Part shown: positions 42,916 through 52,779 of the stretch, one piece after another
How positions within the stretch are numbered: position 1 is the first letter of the stretch
Layout of the letters: every line of letters begins with the position of its first letter
IMG/VR virus record: IMGVR_UViG_2695420423_000004
Direction: 5' to 3' (one strand)
Source: a virus
Taxonomy: Duplodnaviria; Heunggongvirae; Uroviricota; Caudoviricetes
DNA: 64,000 nucleotides
Position numbers and translations under genes: made by a program
Notes under the pieces: generated by a model
Seen by the model: the letters and a program-made list of their open reading frames with translations, nothing else
Database searches by the model: none
What the model was told of the DNA's origin: nothing

Positions 42916-43431
42916 ATGGCGCTAACACACCGCGAACTCTGTCAGATTGCGTACAAGTTCCTTAAGCGCAACGGGTTCAAGGTTTGTTTTCATGACCGCT
43001 TTATAGCTGTAACCAGTACCGGAGAACAGCCAGATGCTATGGGATTCAGAAATTCAGCATCATGCCTGATAGAGGCGAAGTGTTCTCGTGCTGACTTGTT
43101 GGCAGATAGAAAAAAGCGTTTTCGTAAAAATCCGTCTCTTGGAATGGGCGACTGGCGATTCTTTATTAGTGAGCCGGGAATTATTTCAATTGAGGATTTA
43201 CCACCTGGCTGGGGATTACTTCACGTTGTTAACGGAAGAGTACGGAAAGTACATGGGTGGCCCAAGGGTAATTGCTGTTGGGGTAATCCTGACGATAAGC
43301 CATTTACTGGAAATAAGCAGGTTGAATGCGATTACATGTTATCTGCATTAAGGCGCATGGAGTTGAGAGGGCACCTTAATGAAATATATGACGGTGTAAT
43401 TGTTAATAAGAAAGAAGGAAACGCGGCATGA
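42916..43431 (+). CDS. hypothetical protein
   Basis: Track ORF 42874..43431; ATG at 42916 with AAGGAGAGTGAT upstream. Confidence 0.5.
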   Translation: MALTHRELCQIAYKFLKRNGFKVCFHDRFIAVTSTGEQPDAMGFRNSASCLIEAKCSRADLLADRKKRFRKNPSLGMGDWRFFISEPGIISIEDLPPGWGLLHVVNGRVRKVHGWPKGNCCWGNPDDKPFTGNKQVECDYMLSALRRMELRGHLNEIYDGVIVNKKEGNAA

Positions 43432-43814
43432 TCACTATTACCAAAGAGCGACTACTGACAATCAAGCAGTGGCGCGAAACATACGGACCTGATAGCAACG
43501 TTGTACTGCCAGCAGAAGAAGCGGAAGAACTGGCGCGGATTGCGCTGGCATCACTGGAAGCAAAACCAATAGGTGCATTCCACATTGCAGAACAGCAAGT
43601 TGACGGCACAAGTGACTACCTCAAGGATGGAGAATGGCCTATTGATAATGGAATTATTGAGGTCTACGCCGCTCCACCCGTTCCAGTAGTACCGGAAGAA
43701 AAACCAATGCCTAATCCTCTTAGCATGTACGCGGTTGATGCTGTTGCCGCTATTGCAGAGGTGAGAGGCTGGAATGCCTGCCGCGCGGCTATGCTTCATG
43801 GGAAAGGAAAGTGA
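43428..43814 (+). CDS. hypothetical protein
   Basis: 128-aa ORF; its N-terminal segment is shared with the 44247 gene (REQAQKIIEA / ELARIALASLEA-like). Confidence 0.45.
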   Translation: MITITKERLLTIKQWRETYGPDSNVVLPAEEAEELARIALASLEAKPIGAFHIAEQQVDGTSDYLKDGEWPIDNGIIEVYAAPPVPVVPEEKPMPNPLSMYAVDAVAAIAEVRGWNACRAAMLHGKGK

Positions 43815-43815
43815 T

Positions 43816-44037
43816 ATGGCTAACTCATTACTTGAAACCTGCAACAACTGGCAGATTCAGAGGGCGGAGATTTTATCTCGCAATCCAGATATGGCAATGA
43901 CAATCGATAATCTGGATACGCTAATTGAACGTACCGTGCGTTCTGCAATTGATATAGCACGTCGAGTTGACTGGGATTTCAGAGAAGCGGAGCGGCTTGC
44001 TAAAGAGCAGGAGAAAGCAGCGGGTAAAGGAGACTGA
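43816..44037 (+). CDS. hypothetical small protein
   Basis: ATG at 43816 with the same AAGGAAAGTGATATGGC start context as the 42916 gene. Confidence 0.4.
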   Translation: MANSLLETCNNWQIQRAEILSRNPDMAMTIDNLDTLIERTVRSAIDIARRVDWDFREAERLAKEQEKAAGKGD

Positions 44038-44038
44038 T

Positions 44039-44236
44039 ATGGATAAAAACACCACTGCTTACTGGAATCTGTCACTTGATACCGAATGCCCAAAATGCGG
44101 TCACAATTTCGATCTGCTTTGTGATGCTGATTTCTGGGAGTTTTCTGGAGCTAAACAGGCATGTGAAGAAATAAAAGGTTACGAAACATGCTGTCCAGAA
44201 TGTAACCATGAATTTAAAACAGATTTCGTGTATTGA
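44039..44236 (+). CDS. zinc-ribbon small protein
   Basis: MDKNTTAYWNLSLDTECPKCGH...CCPECNH; AAAGGAGA site upstream. Confidence 0.45.
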   Translation: MDKNTTAYWNLSLDTECPKCGHNFDLLCDADFWEFSGAKQACEEIKGYETCCPECNHEFKTDFVY

Positions 44237-44246
44237 GGCATAACAA

Positions 44247-45152
44247 ATGACCACTATTACCAGAGAACAGGCACAGAAAATTATTGAAGCAGCCGATGAG
44301 GTTATTAGTGCGCTGGCCGGAACTAACGAGGATGTTCACCCTGGTAGCGATAACATGCTACGCCTGTGGGATGACCTGAATGACCGTTACGCGCCGCCGG
44401 AAGTTGTGCGTGAGCTGGCGCGTATCGTGCTGGCATCGCTGGAAGCAGAACCAGTTGCTTATATTTTCAAACATCCGGCCGGGAAATTATTCTGGGCTTT
44501 AACGGATGAAAGCAATAAAGAGCAAGCGGACGTTATTCCTGTTTATGCTGCCGCGCCTGCGTCGGTTGTGCCGGATGATGCATCAGGGGCGCTTGCTTAT
44601 GCTTACAAAGAGCTTACGCCTGAGATTATGCGCGGTCATATCGCTGTATTCGAGCGATATGGAATAGCCCCAAACGATAGCATTACCACAATTCAGGCAC
44701 TGCGAATCGCGCTGGATGGCATAGAGCGGAGCGACGCCATGCTTCATGGTGCCGAAACTGTAAGCCAAACTTACAAGTTGCCTCCCCTGTCATCCAGCGA
44801 AGTAAACGACGCGGCATGGAAATTACACAACATGCTGACTGAACACGGCCTGCTAAATGGGCGTCAGTTCAACAATCTGAAAGGTTGCTTCTATGAGGCA
44901 TTAAAGGTCGCAATGCGCAACTATCCGGCAACTCCGGATAGTTGGATAAGCTGTAGTGAGCGAATGCCGGATACCAAAACAGCCGTTCTTGTTGCCGTGG
45001 AGTTTGACAGGAAAGGTGACTGGCGAATGAAATGGGCGACTTACATCCCGGGGCATCCTGACGCTAATGATGGGTGGATAATTCCTGGTGCGTCGTGGAA
45101 ACCGTCACACTGGATGCCGCTACCAGAACCGCCGCAGGAGGTGAATCAATGA
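44247..45152 (+). CDS. hypothetical protein with DUF551-like C-terminus
   Basis: 301 aa; C-terminal SERMP...W.PSHWMPLPEPP. Confidence 0.5.
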   Translation: MTTITREQAQKIIEAADEVISALAGTNEDVHPGSDNMLRLWDDLNDRYAPPEVVRELARIVLASLEAEPVAYIFKHPAGKLFWALTDESNKEQADVIPVYAAAPASVVPDDASGALAYAYKELTPEIMRGHIAVFERYGIAPNDSITTIQALRIALDGIERSDAMLHGAETVSQTYKLPPLSSSEVNDAAWKLHNMLTEHGLLNGRQFNNLKGCFYEALKVAMRNYPATPDSWISCSERMPDTKTAVLVAVEFDRKGDWRMKWATYIPGHPDANDGWIIPGASWKPSHWMPLPEPPQEVNQ

Positions 45153-45216
45153 GCTGGCCTGAAGCATTCACCACGGTAGGAATTGTGATGGCGGCAGCAC
45201 TGGGTTTGTATTCAAT

Positions 45217-45468
45217 TTGTCGCTGGTGGTAACGATGGGAAAAATAACTTTTGTAGTCGAATTTGAGGATGGCAAAGAGCCACCTGTTAGCGCCAATCTT
45301 GATGTTGCTGGTGGCAGGCTTGTTTCGGTTCTATTTGGTGACTACCGAGATGATTTCTTCCAACCAGAAGAAGTTGATGTAGTGCGAGAAGCATTAAATG
45401 AGCTAAGTGTTGATAACGATGATGCTCATGCGGAAATCATCAAAAAAATGGAATTGCTAACTTACTAA
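45217..45468 (+). CDS. hypothetical small protein
   Basis: 83-aa ORF. Confidence 0.4.
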   Translation: MSLVVTMGKITFVVEFEDGKEPPVSANLDVAGGRLVSVLFGDYRDDFFQPEEVDVVREALNELSVDNDDAHAEIIKKMELLTY

Positions 45469-45956
45469 ATTATTAATTTGTAGTGCCATCATCTATAACA
45501 CCGATAGGAATTGAACGATGTCAAAAATGCCCAAAATAGATGTTTTTATTTTCTCAGCAATTGTTGGCTTTGGTTTTACTGCTGGAGTGCAGTTTTGTAT
45601 TGCGTGGGGAAAAATTATCAACTACCTATGGAGTTGTTTTATTCAGTGAGGTAAGTATGTGGAGAGGTAATAGTCATGGCAGAAGCCAGATGATACTTAC
45701 CGAATATAAGCTAGACCACAAAACCAATAAATCACGTTCAGTATATTTGCTCCGGCACAATAGCCGCGTAAGGAATACCGTGCTGGAGCAAAACCTGACC
45801 GTTGAAATGGATAATTTTGGGAACTTCAAGCCAACAATTGCGCTTGATGATTTCCCGCGTGGTTTAAGCGAAAGAGAAGCAATGCTGAAATTAGCAGAAT
45901 GGCTACAAAGATTAAGCATTGCTATTGAAGATAACTGGTCTGAACCTTAAATTTAT

Positions 45957-46331
45957 ATGATGACACTAAAACATTTTCTTGACCGCCCATTATGGGCGGC
46001 AGCCGCAGGCTATGACTTTAATTATATGGATTGCATGTCTTATACCGCCAATGCATACGACTATTCCTTCAGTCTGCTGCTTAATTCTTTAAGAATATTG
46101 CCGCAAACAGAAGTTGGAGAGCTTCATTTATGGCTATTGGGCTTTATCGCGGCTGGAGTTGGTATTGCTGTATGGCCTTTTATTTTCTGGCTGGTGGCTG
46201 TTGTAGTGTGGTTTAAGTGCAAGACGTACCGGAGAAAGTATTTCTTAGGTGATGGAATGACTGATATTGCCAAAATGAACATTGAAAAATGGACTAAGGA
46301 ATGTGAAAAGAAATGGCGCAAAAAGAAATGA
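45957..46331 (+). CDS. hypothetical membrane protein
   Basis: 124 aa with hydrophobic segment LWLLGFIAAGVGIAVWPFIFWLVAVVVWF. Confidence 0.4.
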   Translation: MMTLKHFLDRPLWAAAAGYDFNYMDCMSYTANAYDYSFSLLLNSLRILPQTEVGELHLWLLGFIAAGVGIAVWPFIFWLVAVVVWFKCKTYRRKYFLGDGMTDIAKMNIEKWTKECEKKWRKKK

Positions 46332-47245
46332 CCAGAATCACTGAAGAGCGTATATCAGAGATTATTTCCCGTATCGAAATGTATGGTCACGGTGCTGGAT
46401 ATACGGCAGATGAAGTATTGGCACTTGCCCAAATGGCTTTGGCGGCTTGCAAAGATGATAAAAAAATGAAGTTTATCGACTTGTTAGTGAAGGAACTGCC
46501 TAAGTGCGGCGGGTGGCCTGATGGAATGAGTTATTGTTACCTACCCAGTGTCAATTTAATGGCACCATGCGCGACTTTTGCTTTTGGCTCAGACCACAAA
46601 AAAGACACTTTCTTTGGGCGCAATTTTTGTTGTGAGATTGAGCTTCCAATTGGTGACCTTGATAGCGATGAATACCAGTCAGTTGTCACTCGCGAACAAT
46701 ACGAATCAGCTCTCATAGCGTCGCAGAAAGTCGAGTTCAATGGTGATGAACTTGAAAGTAAGACTTACAGGTTGGATTTTGGGCAATGGCTGGAACAGCA
46801 ACGCGGGAAAATCGATGTGGACTGTGGTTGTGTGTCCACTGAAACATTCATGCACTGGCTGCGGGTAGCTTACGAGGCTGGCAACTATCCGGATATTCCG
46901 GATAGTTCGGTGCCAGCACCAGGAAAGGGCGTCACCGGTGAACGTATCCGAATTAAGCCGCATGTTTATCGCGAACTGGTTAACCGTCTCCACGATACAG
47001 CGATCAAGTGTGCTGGCACCCAGCAATTACGAGAAAGAATTAGCCGTGTTTTGGGCGACGTTATTACACCAGATCATCATACACAAGCCGAGAAAAGTGG
47101 CCTGGAAAGGTGTCACCTTGAGGCGGCATTAAACATTAAGCCGGGGCATACGCTTGGCATTATTGATGCACTATTGGTTCATAAGATGGCCAGGGCTTTA
47201 TTGCCGCTGGTGGATGCTGGCGATACAAGCGAGGGTGAAGTATGA
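46313..47245 (+). CDS. hypothetical protein
   Basis: 310-aa ORF. Confidence 0.5.
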   Translation: MAQKEMTRITEERISEIISRIEMYGHGAGYTADEVLALAQMALAACKDDKKMKFIDLLVKELPKCGGWPDGMSYCYLPSVNLMAPCATFAFGSDHKKDTFFGRNFCCEIELPIGDLDSDEYQSVVTREQYESALIASQKVEFNGDELESKTYRLDFGQWLEQQRGKIDVDCGCVSTETFMHWLRVAYEAGNYPDIPDSSVPAPGKGVTGERIRIKPHVYRELVNRLHDTAIKCAGTQQLRERISRVLGDVITPDHHTQAEKSGLERCHLEAALNIKPGHTLGIIDALLVHKMARALLPLVDAGDTSEGEV

Positions 47246-47604
47246 GAGTTGCAGATCACATCAAACACCTTGAAAGAATTATCGAAAACGGTGAACTCTT
47301 AAGAGATCAGATGAGACGCACGGCAGAAGTCAGAGAGGCGATAATCCGCAGTCAGGCTGGTAAATTAAAGCAATTATCAGAGATTAACGCGCTATACAAG
47401 AACAGACGTAACCGGGCGGCGCTGCGGCTTCAGAAAGCACGTAATGAAATTAAATTGGTGGAGGCAAAACTGAAAAAACAGATTCAGCGTTACGATCAGC
47501 AAGATGCTTTTTATGCCGCCATCAAGGCGGCTGCTAATGAAATAGGCATCTGGAAGTTGCTGGTGGAGAAAGCAAAGACGAAGTTAAATGCCAACGAAAG
47601 CTGA
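47242..47604 (+). CDS. hypothetical coiled-coil protein
   Basis: 120-aa ORF. Confidence 0.45.
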   Translation: MRVADHIKHLERIIENGELLRDQMRRTAEVREAIIRSQAGKLKQLSEINALYKNRRNRAALRLQKARNEIKLVEAKLKKQIQRYDQQDAFYAAIKAAANEIGIWKLLVEKAKTKLNANES

Positions 47605-47678
47605 ACTACAGGTACCCACCAGCACATACAGAAAATGATTGTTTCCACATCAAGGAGATTTTAATGTTTCACTGAACA

Positions 47679-47816
47679 TTAAGTAAGCCAGTGCATAATT
47701 CCATTTTTTACTGACCTTAAAAGCAAAATCAAAACGATGATGAGGATGATCGCCAGAATCTGGCTAATAACAGGCGCATCTAAAAATGCACTCAGGAACT
47801 GAAAAAAAGCAGTCAT
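47679..47816 (-). CDS. candidate 45-aa hydrophobic peptide
   Basis: Hand translation MTAFFQFLSAFLDAPVISQILAIILIIVLILLLRSVKNGIMHWLT; AAGGA upstream; convergent with the early operon; below the ORF-track cut-off. Confidence 0.3.
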   Translation of the reverse strand: MTAFFQFLSAFLDAPVISQILAIILIIVLILLLRSVKNGIMHWLT

Positions 47817-48265
47817 TAAGGTGGTTCCTTGTCAAATGTAAAGGAGCACTTGCTCACGTTGACGTAGAAACCCAACCCCTATATAGTTGGATTCGGTGAA
47901 AGAAAGTCGTTAACGTGAGCTTACGGCACATGTTTTCGGAACAACATCAGGGAACGGCTAATTCCTTGATGCGGATGGGGTCTGTAATGCAGACCCTATC
48001 TATTAACGTCATGATTGCATCTCAAATTTTCTCCTTATCTTCATTAATCAAAATTCATTTCATTTGTGAAACATCACAATATTTAGAAAATGGCCCTCTT
48101 GCAAGTGCATAACTTTGTGGATAAATCAGGAAGAAAAAAGTTGATTCTGCGCACGGCAAGGCAGATAAGCTGTGCACAAAAATCAATGGGAAAAGAAAAA
48201 AAATTAAAAGTTACTTTGCTGGTTAAATAATAGTCGTTACGCAATTGTTCTGGATGGGATTTGAT

Positions 48266-48517
48266 ATGCACGATTGGAATATTGCAGCTAAAAGTCAGGA
48301 AGAACGGGATAAGGTTAACGTTGATCTGGCTGCCAGCGGTGTGGCGTACAAAGAGCGATTGAACATACCTGTCATAGCTGAACAGGTAGCCCGCGAGCAA
48401 CCAGAGAATCTGCGCACCTATTTCATGGAACGGTTACGGCACTATCGGCAGTTAAGCCTCCAGTTGCCAAAAGGGAGCGATCCGGTGTATCAGAACGAGG
48501 ATGCACCAAAAAAATAA
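48266..48517 (+). CDS. hot: Hot, homologue of DNA polymerase III theta subunit (HolE)
   Basis: From ATG 48266: ...[36 protein letters not shown] aligns with E. coli HolE. Confidence 0.7.
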   Translation: MHDWNIAAKSQEERDKVNVDLAASGVAYKERLNIPVIAEQVAREQPENLRTYFMERLRHYRQLSLQLPKGSDPVYQNEDAPKK

Positions 48518-48602
48518 CGGCAAGATGGGGGAGAAATGTGATTAGCCCCCAGCGTGGCGCGCCTACAAACCCCGCTTTCACAAACTATGCCTTTTCAATG
48601 TA

Positions 48603-48622
48603 TACTGTATGAATAAACAGTA
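48603..48622 (+). promoter_or_regulatory. LexA box (SOS box) upstream of humD
   Basis: tactgtatgaataaacagta fits CTGT-N8-ACAG, 19 bp upstream of the humD start. Confidence 0.55.
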
Positions 48623-48640
48623 TCATTGAGGTAAAACGCT

Positions 48641-49030
48641 ATGGGCTTCCCTTCTCCTGCGGCGGATTATGTTGAAAGCCGAATTTCTCTTGATCAGCAG
48701 ATAATTAGACATCCTTCAGCGACCTACTTCATGCGGGCAGCTGATAGCCATCACCGTGAGGGAATATTGCAGGGTGCTTTGCTGGTGGTTGATTCCTCGC
48801 TTACTCCGGTTGATGGTTCTCTGCTTGTGTGCGCTATGGAGGGTGAATATCGCATAAAGAGATACAGGAAGTATCCGCGCCAGCACCTGGAGGATTTAAG
48901 CACCGGGAAGAAAGAGGCGTTACCAGTAGATGACGATGGATACACGGGCAGTAATGCTGTTTTTGGTGTGATCACTCATGTCATCAATGATGCCCGAAGT
49001 GGGGAATTTGATGATTGTCCGGTTATTTAA
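48641..49030 (+). CDS. humD: HumD, UmuD-like peptidase S24 protein
   Basis: 129 aa, UmuD'-like; downstream of the LexA box. Confidence 0.8.
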   Translation: MGFPSPAADYVESRISLDQQIIRHPSATYFMRAADSHHREGILQGALLVVDSSLTPVDGSLLVCAMEGEYRIKRYRKYPRQHLEDLSTGKKEALPVDDDGYTGSNAVFGVITHVINDARSGEFDDCPVI

Positions 49031-49102
49031 GCTGCAAAGTGCTGGTGCTTTATGCCTGTGAAGTTTATAATTGTGTACACATAACGAGTACACGAGGTGT
49101 TT

Positions 49103-49324
49103 ATGCAATCCATTAACTTCCGTACCGCGCGTGGCAACCTTTCTGAAGTGCTCAACAATGTTGAAGCCGGGGAAGAGGTTGAAATCACCCGCAGAGGCCG
49201 TGAGCCAGCAGTAATTGTCAGCAAGGCTACTTTCGAAGCCTACAAAAAAGCGGCGCTGGATGCTGAATTTGCATCCCTGTTTGACACCCTGGACTCCACC
49301 AACAAGGAACTGGTTAACCGATAA
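49103..49324 (+). CDS. phd: Phd antitoxin
   Basis: [73 protein letters not shown] recognised as P1 Phd (73 aa). Confidence 0.9.
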
Positions 49325-49704
49325 TGAGGCATATATCACCGGAAGAACTTATTGCGCTTCATGATGCGAATATAAGCCGCTACGGCGGCCTGCCGGGAAT
49401 GTCTGATCCGGGTAGGGCAGAGGCCATTATCGGGAGAGTTCAGGCCAGAGTTGCCTACGAAGAGATCACCGACCTTTTCGAAGTCTCCGCCACCTACCTG
49501 GTGGCTACAGCGAGAGGGCATATATTCAATGATGCCAATAAGCGTACCGCGCTAAACAGTGCGCTGCTATTTCTACGCCGTAACGGGGTGCAGGTATTTG
49601 ATTCACCTGAACTGGCAGACCTTACCGTAGGCGCTGCGACTGGCGAGATATCTGTATCTTCTGTCGCCGACACGTTACGTAGATTGTATGGTTCTGCGGA
49701 GTAG
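49324..49704 (+). CDS. doc: Doc toxin (Fic-fold kinase)
   Basis: 126 aa, recognised as P1 Doc; overlaps the phd stop. Confidence 0.9.
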
Positions 49705-49708
49705 ATTA

Positions 49709-49888
49709 ATGGCACGCAAATACAACAAATTGTCCCGTGAAGCGTTAAAGATGCTTCTTGATGGCGTGAGTCGCCGCAAGGTAAAGCAATACCTGGTTGG
49801 TAAGCAAATTGGAGTCAGGACCGCTATTGCTGTGTTATGCCGTCAGGAAATGGTTGTGCTTAAACAGAGAATGCCGGGCAGCAGATAA
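49709..49888 (+). CDS. small protein downstream of doc (pdcA-like by position)
   Basis: Track ORF 49688..49888; internal ATG MARKYNKL... assumed. Confidence 0.35.
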   Translation: MARKYNKLSREALKMLLDGVSRRKVKQYLVGKQIGVRTAIAVLCRQEMVVLKQRMPGSR

Positions 49889-49915
49889 AGCCCAATCAGT
49901 GATTAAAGGTGTGAT

Positions 49916-50959
49916 GTGAAAGCCGTAATTACTCCATTTGTACAGAAAGAGCTTGGCCTCGCCACGTTCAAAGTGGATCAGGAGGTCAGAAAGCTGGTGG
50001 AGGCTGGCCGTAAATTTATTATGGAGCCGGTGCCGCGTGAGTTAATCGAGCACATGGAAGACGGCCTCGTTGTTACCGAGCAAACCATGGCAACAAATGA
50101 GGCGTTGCAGCCGTTTTTTAACAGCGATGAACTGTTTCGCCGTATTGGTGGAATTGACGCGCTGGTGGCGTGGTTGCGTAGGAAAGAGGGTCAATGCCAG
50201 GCCGCAGATCGTAGTTGGTGTGACAACCATATTGTCCACGCTGAACGAGACAATAGCGCGGTGTTGTTGTGCTGGCATCACGATAACCATTACCGGATGC
50301 GTGGTTTTAATGAGCTGAAAGAAACGCTGCACAATAATCGCGTTAACTGGATACTGGATGTCGCCCGTCAGGAAATGGGCCTTTCAAATAGCCATGATTT
50401 AAGTATTCAGGAGCTGTGCTGGTGGGCTTTCATGCGCAACATGATGCACCTGATGCCGGAAGAAGTCTGCCGCATATCAATAAATAAGATGAAGGCTACT
50501 CCGCAGGATAGCGGACCTCTGAAAGAGGCGGATATTCGCCCGTATGACGATCGCGCTACAGCATATGTTCAGATGATGGAAGAACGCGCCGCGCCGATGC
50601 GTGCAAAAGTATGCCCTGTGGATGTTGACTCCGACCCTGGCATGGCGCATTTCAAAATACCAAAACTGCAATCGCTAAAATTACCTGAGTACATGGACTT
50701 TGTTGCTTCCCGTCCATGCTGTGGGTGTGGAGCTGCGGGAGCTGGCGCTCACATTACGCCTTATATCGTTCGTCATAGTCGATTATGCGCACATGACATT
50801 TACGCAATTCCTCTGTGCCAGTCATGCCAGCGTGATATTGAGCGTGACCGCGATAATTGGGAGAAGACGCACGGTAGGTTGGCGATGCATCAACGATTGT
50901 TCTTTGATTACGCGCTTGGAGTGGGCGTTATCACAAGTCATTCGTCGAGTGTTAGATAA
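49916..50959 (+). CDS. Cys-rich protein downstream of doc (pdcB-like by position)
   Basis: 347 aa; CCGCGAAGAG...CQSCQ Cys cluster. Confidence 0.5.
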   Translation: MKAVITPFVQKELGLATFKVDQEVRKLVEAGRKFIMEPVPRELIEHMEDGLVVTEQTMATNEALQPFFNSDELFRRIGGIDALVAWLRRKEGQCQAADRSWCDNHIVHAERDNSAVLLCWHHDNHYRMRGFNELKETLHNNRVNWILDVARQEMGLSNSHDLSIQELCWWAFMRNMMHLMPEEVCRISINKMKATPQDSGPLKEADIRPYDDRATAYVQMMEERAAPMRAKVCPVDVDSDPGMAHFKIPKLQSLKLPEYMDFVASRPCCGCGAAGAGAHITPYIVRHSRLCAHDIYAIPLCQSCQRDIERDRDNWEKTHGRLAMHQRLFFDYALGVGVITSHSSSVR

Positions 50960-50960
50960 A

Positions 50961-50977
50961 ATTGCTCTAATGTATTG
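50961..50977 (+). promoter_or_regulatory. C1 operator upstream of lpa
   Basis: attgctctaatgtattg, 13 of 17, core ATTGCTCTAAT intact. Confidence 0.5.
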
Positions 50978-51047
50978 CTATTTCTTTAATCGAGGGTATT
51001 ATATTCCACGTTGATTAGTTGACATGGGCTAATCAGTAGGTGACAGG

Positions 51048-51500
51048 ATGTTACTTAACTGGCAGGGACGCCACTTCATGGAAATAAATCACTCACGAAT
51101 AACATCGTACGAGATTGCGGATTACATGATCCGCACTAAATCTCTTCTATCAGCGAAAGAACTCGCAGCAATTCTTGAAAAGGAATACCCGCATCTGGAT
51201 GTCGATAAGCGCGATGTTTATCTGCGCTTAAAGGCTATCGCTGTGTCTAAGTATTCGTCTGTTTTGATAGATGACAGTACACGCCCACGTAGATTTCAGA
51301 TCCACTCTCTGAATCCTGAATTCTTTCGCCGTAGCCGCGCTCCGCGCCGGTTTGATGAAAAACTCCAGAACGAACTCTATATGACGCAGGACGAAAAGGA
51401 ACGCCGGGAGCACCAGCCTTGGGTAATGGCGCGTCAACTTTTCAATAAGGTGGCCCGTCAGCACCGTCATTACGGTAATGCCACATCCGCACGTATCTGA
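51048..51500 (+). CDS. lpa: Lpa, late promoter activator (gene 10)
   Basis: 150-aa ORF between the pdc region and pacA, preceded by a C1 operator; assignment by synteny; alternative start at 51078. Confidence 0.65.
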   Translation: MLLNWQGRHFMEINHSRITSYEIADYMIRTKSLLSAKELAAILEKEYPHLDVDKRDVYLRLKAIAVSKYSSVLIDDSTRPRRFQIHSLNPEFFRRSRAPRRFDEKLQNELYMTQDEKERREHQPWVMARQLFNKVARQHRHYGNATSARI

Positions 51501-51585
51501 TTGATTGCTTGCCCGTTCCGGGCCTTTTGACATGTGACTTTCGTTACCCTCGCGTCAAAAAGAGTTTTTACGAAAGGAAGCATAA

Positions 51586-52779
51586 GTGACCTGGGACGAT
51601 CACAAGAAGAATTTTGCTCGCCTGGCGCGAGATGGTGGTTACACCATCGCACAGTATGCCGCCGAGTTTAATCTTAACCCTAATACCGCACGTCGTTATC
51701 TCCGTGCCTTCAAAGAAGACACCAGGACTACGGACAGCCGCAAGCCAAATAAGCCAGTCAGGAAGCCACTAAAAAGCATGATCATTGATCACTCTAATGA
51801 TCAACATGCAGGTGATCACGTTTCGGCTGAAATAGCGGAAAAACAAAGAGTTAATGCCGTTGTCAGTGCCGCAGTCGAGAATGCGAAGCGCCAAAATAAG
51901 CGCATAAATGATCGTTCAGATGATCATGACGTGATCACCCGCGCCCACCGGACCTTACGTGATCGCCTGGAACGCGACACCCTGGATGATGATGGTGAAC
52001 GCTTTGAATTCGAAGCTGGCGATTACCTGATAGATAACGTTGAAGCGCGGAAGGCCGCGCGCGCTATGTTGCGTCGGTCCGGGGCCGATGTTCTGGAAAC
52101 CACTCTTCTGGAAAAGTCTCTTTCTCATCTCCTTATGCTGGAGAACGCCAGGGATACGTGTATTCGCCTGGTGCAGGAAATGCGCGATCAGCAAAAAGAC
52201 GATGATGAAGGTACTCCGCCTGAATACCGTATCGCGAGCATGCTAAACAGCTGTTCCGCGCAGATAAGCAGCCTGATCAACACCATTTACAGCATCCGGA
52301 ATAACTATCGAAAAGAAAGCCGGGAGGCGGAAAAGCACGCTTTATCTATGGGGCAAGCTGGCATTGTTAAGCTGGCATACGAACGAAAGCGTGAAAATAA
52401 CTGGTCAGTGCTGGAAGCGGCTGAATTCATCGAGGCGCATGGAGGAAAAGTGCCTCCCCTGATGCTGGAGCAAATCAAAGCCGATCTGCGTGCTCCTAAG
52501 ACCAATACCGATGATGAGGAAAACCAAACAGCATCTGGCGCTCCATCACTTGAAGATCTGGATAAAATCGCGCGAGAACGGGCCGCCAGCCGCCGCGCTG
52601 ATGCGGCATTGTGGATTGAGCATCGTAGAGAAGAAATTGCCGATATCGTCGATACAGGTGGTTATGGTGATGTCGATGCGGAAGGCATATCAAACGAAGC
52701 ATGGCTTGAACAGGATCTGGACGAAGACGAGGAGGAAGACGAAGAAGTTACCCGCAAACTGTACGGGGATGATGATTAA
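51586..52779 (+). CDS. pacA: PacA, terminase small subunit
   Basis: 397 aa, GTG start; contains the pac hexamer clusters. Confidence 0.85.
51779..51964 (+). other. pac packaging site
   Basis: Four TGATCA hexamers (51779, 51786, 51798, 51813), about 90 bp spacer, then TGATCG/TGATCA/TGATCA (51909, 51921, 51932) and one more at 51959; the 4+3 layout of P1 pac. Confidence 0.75.
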
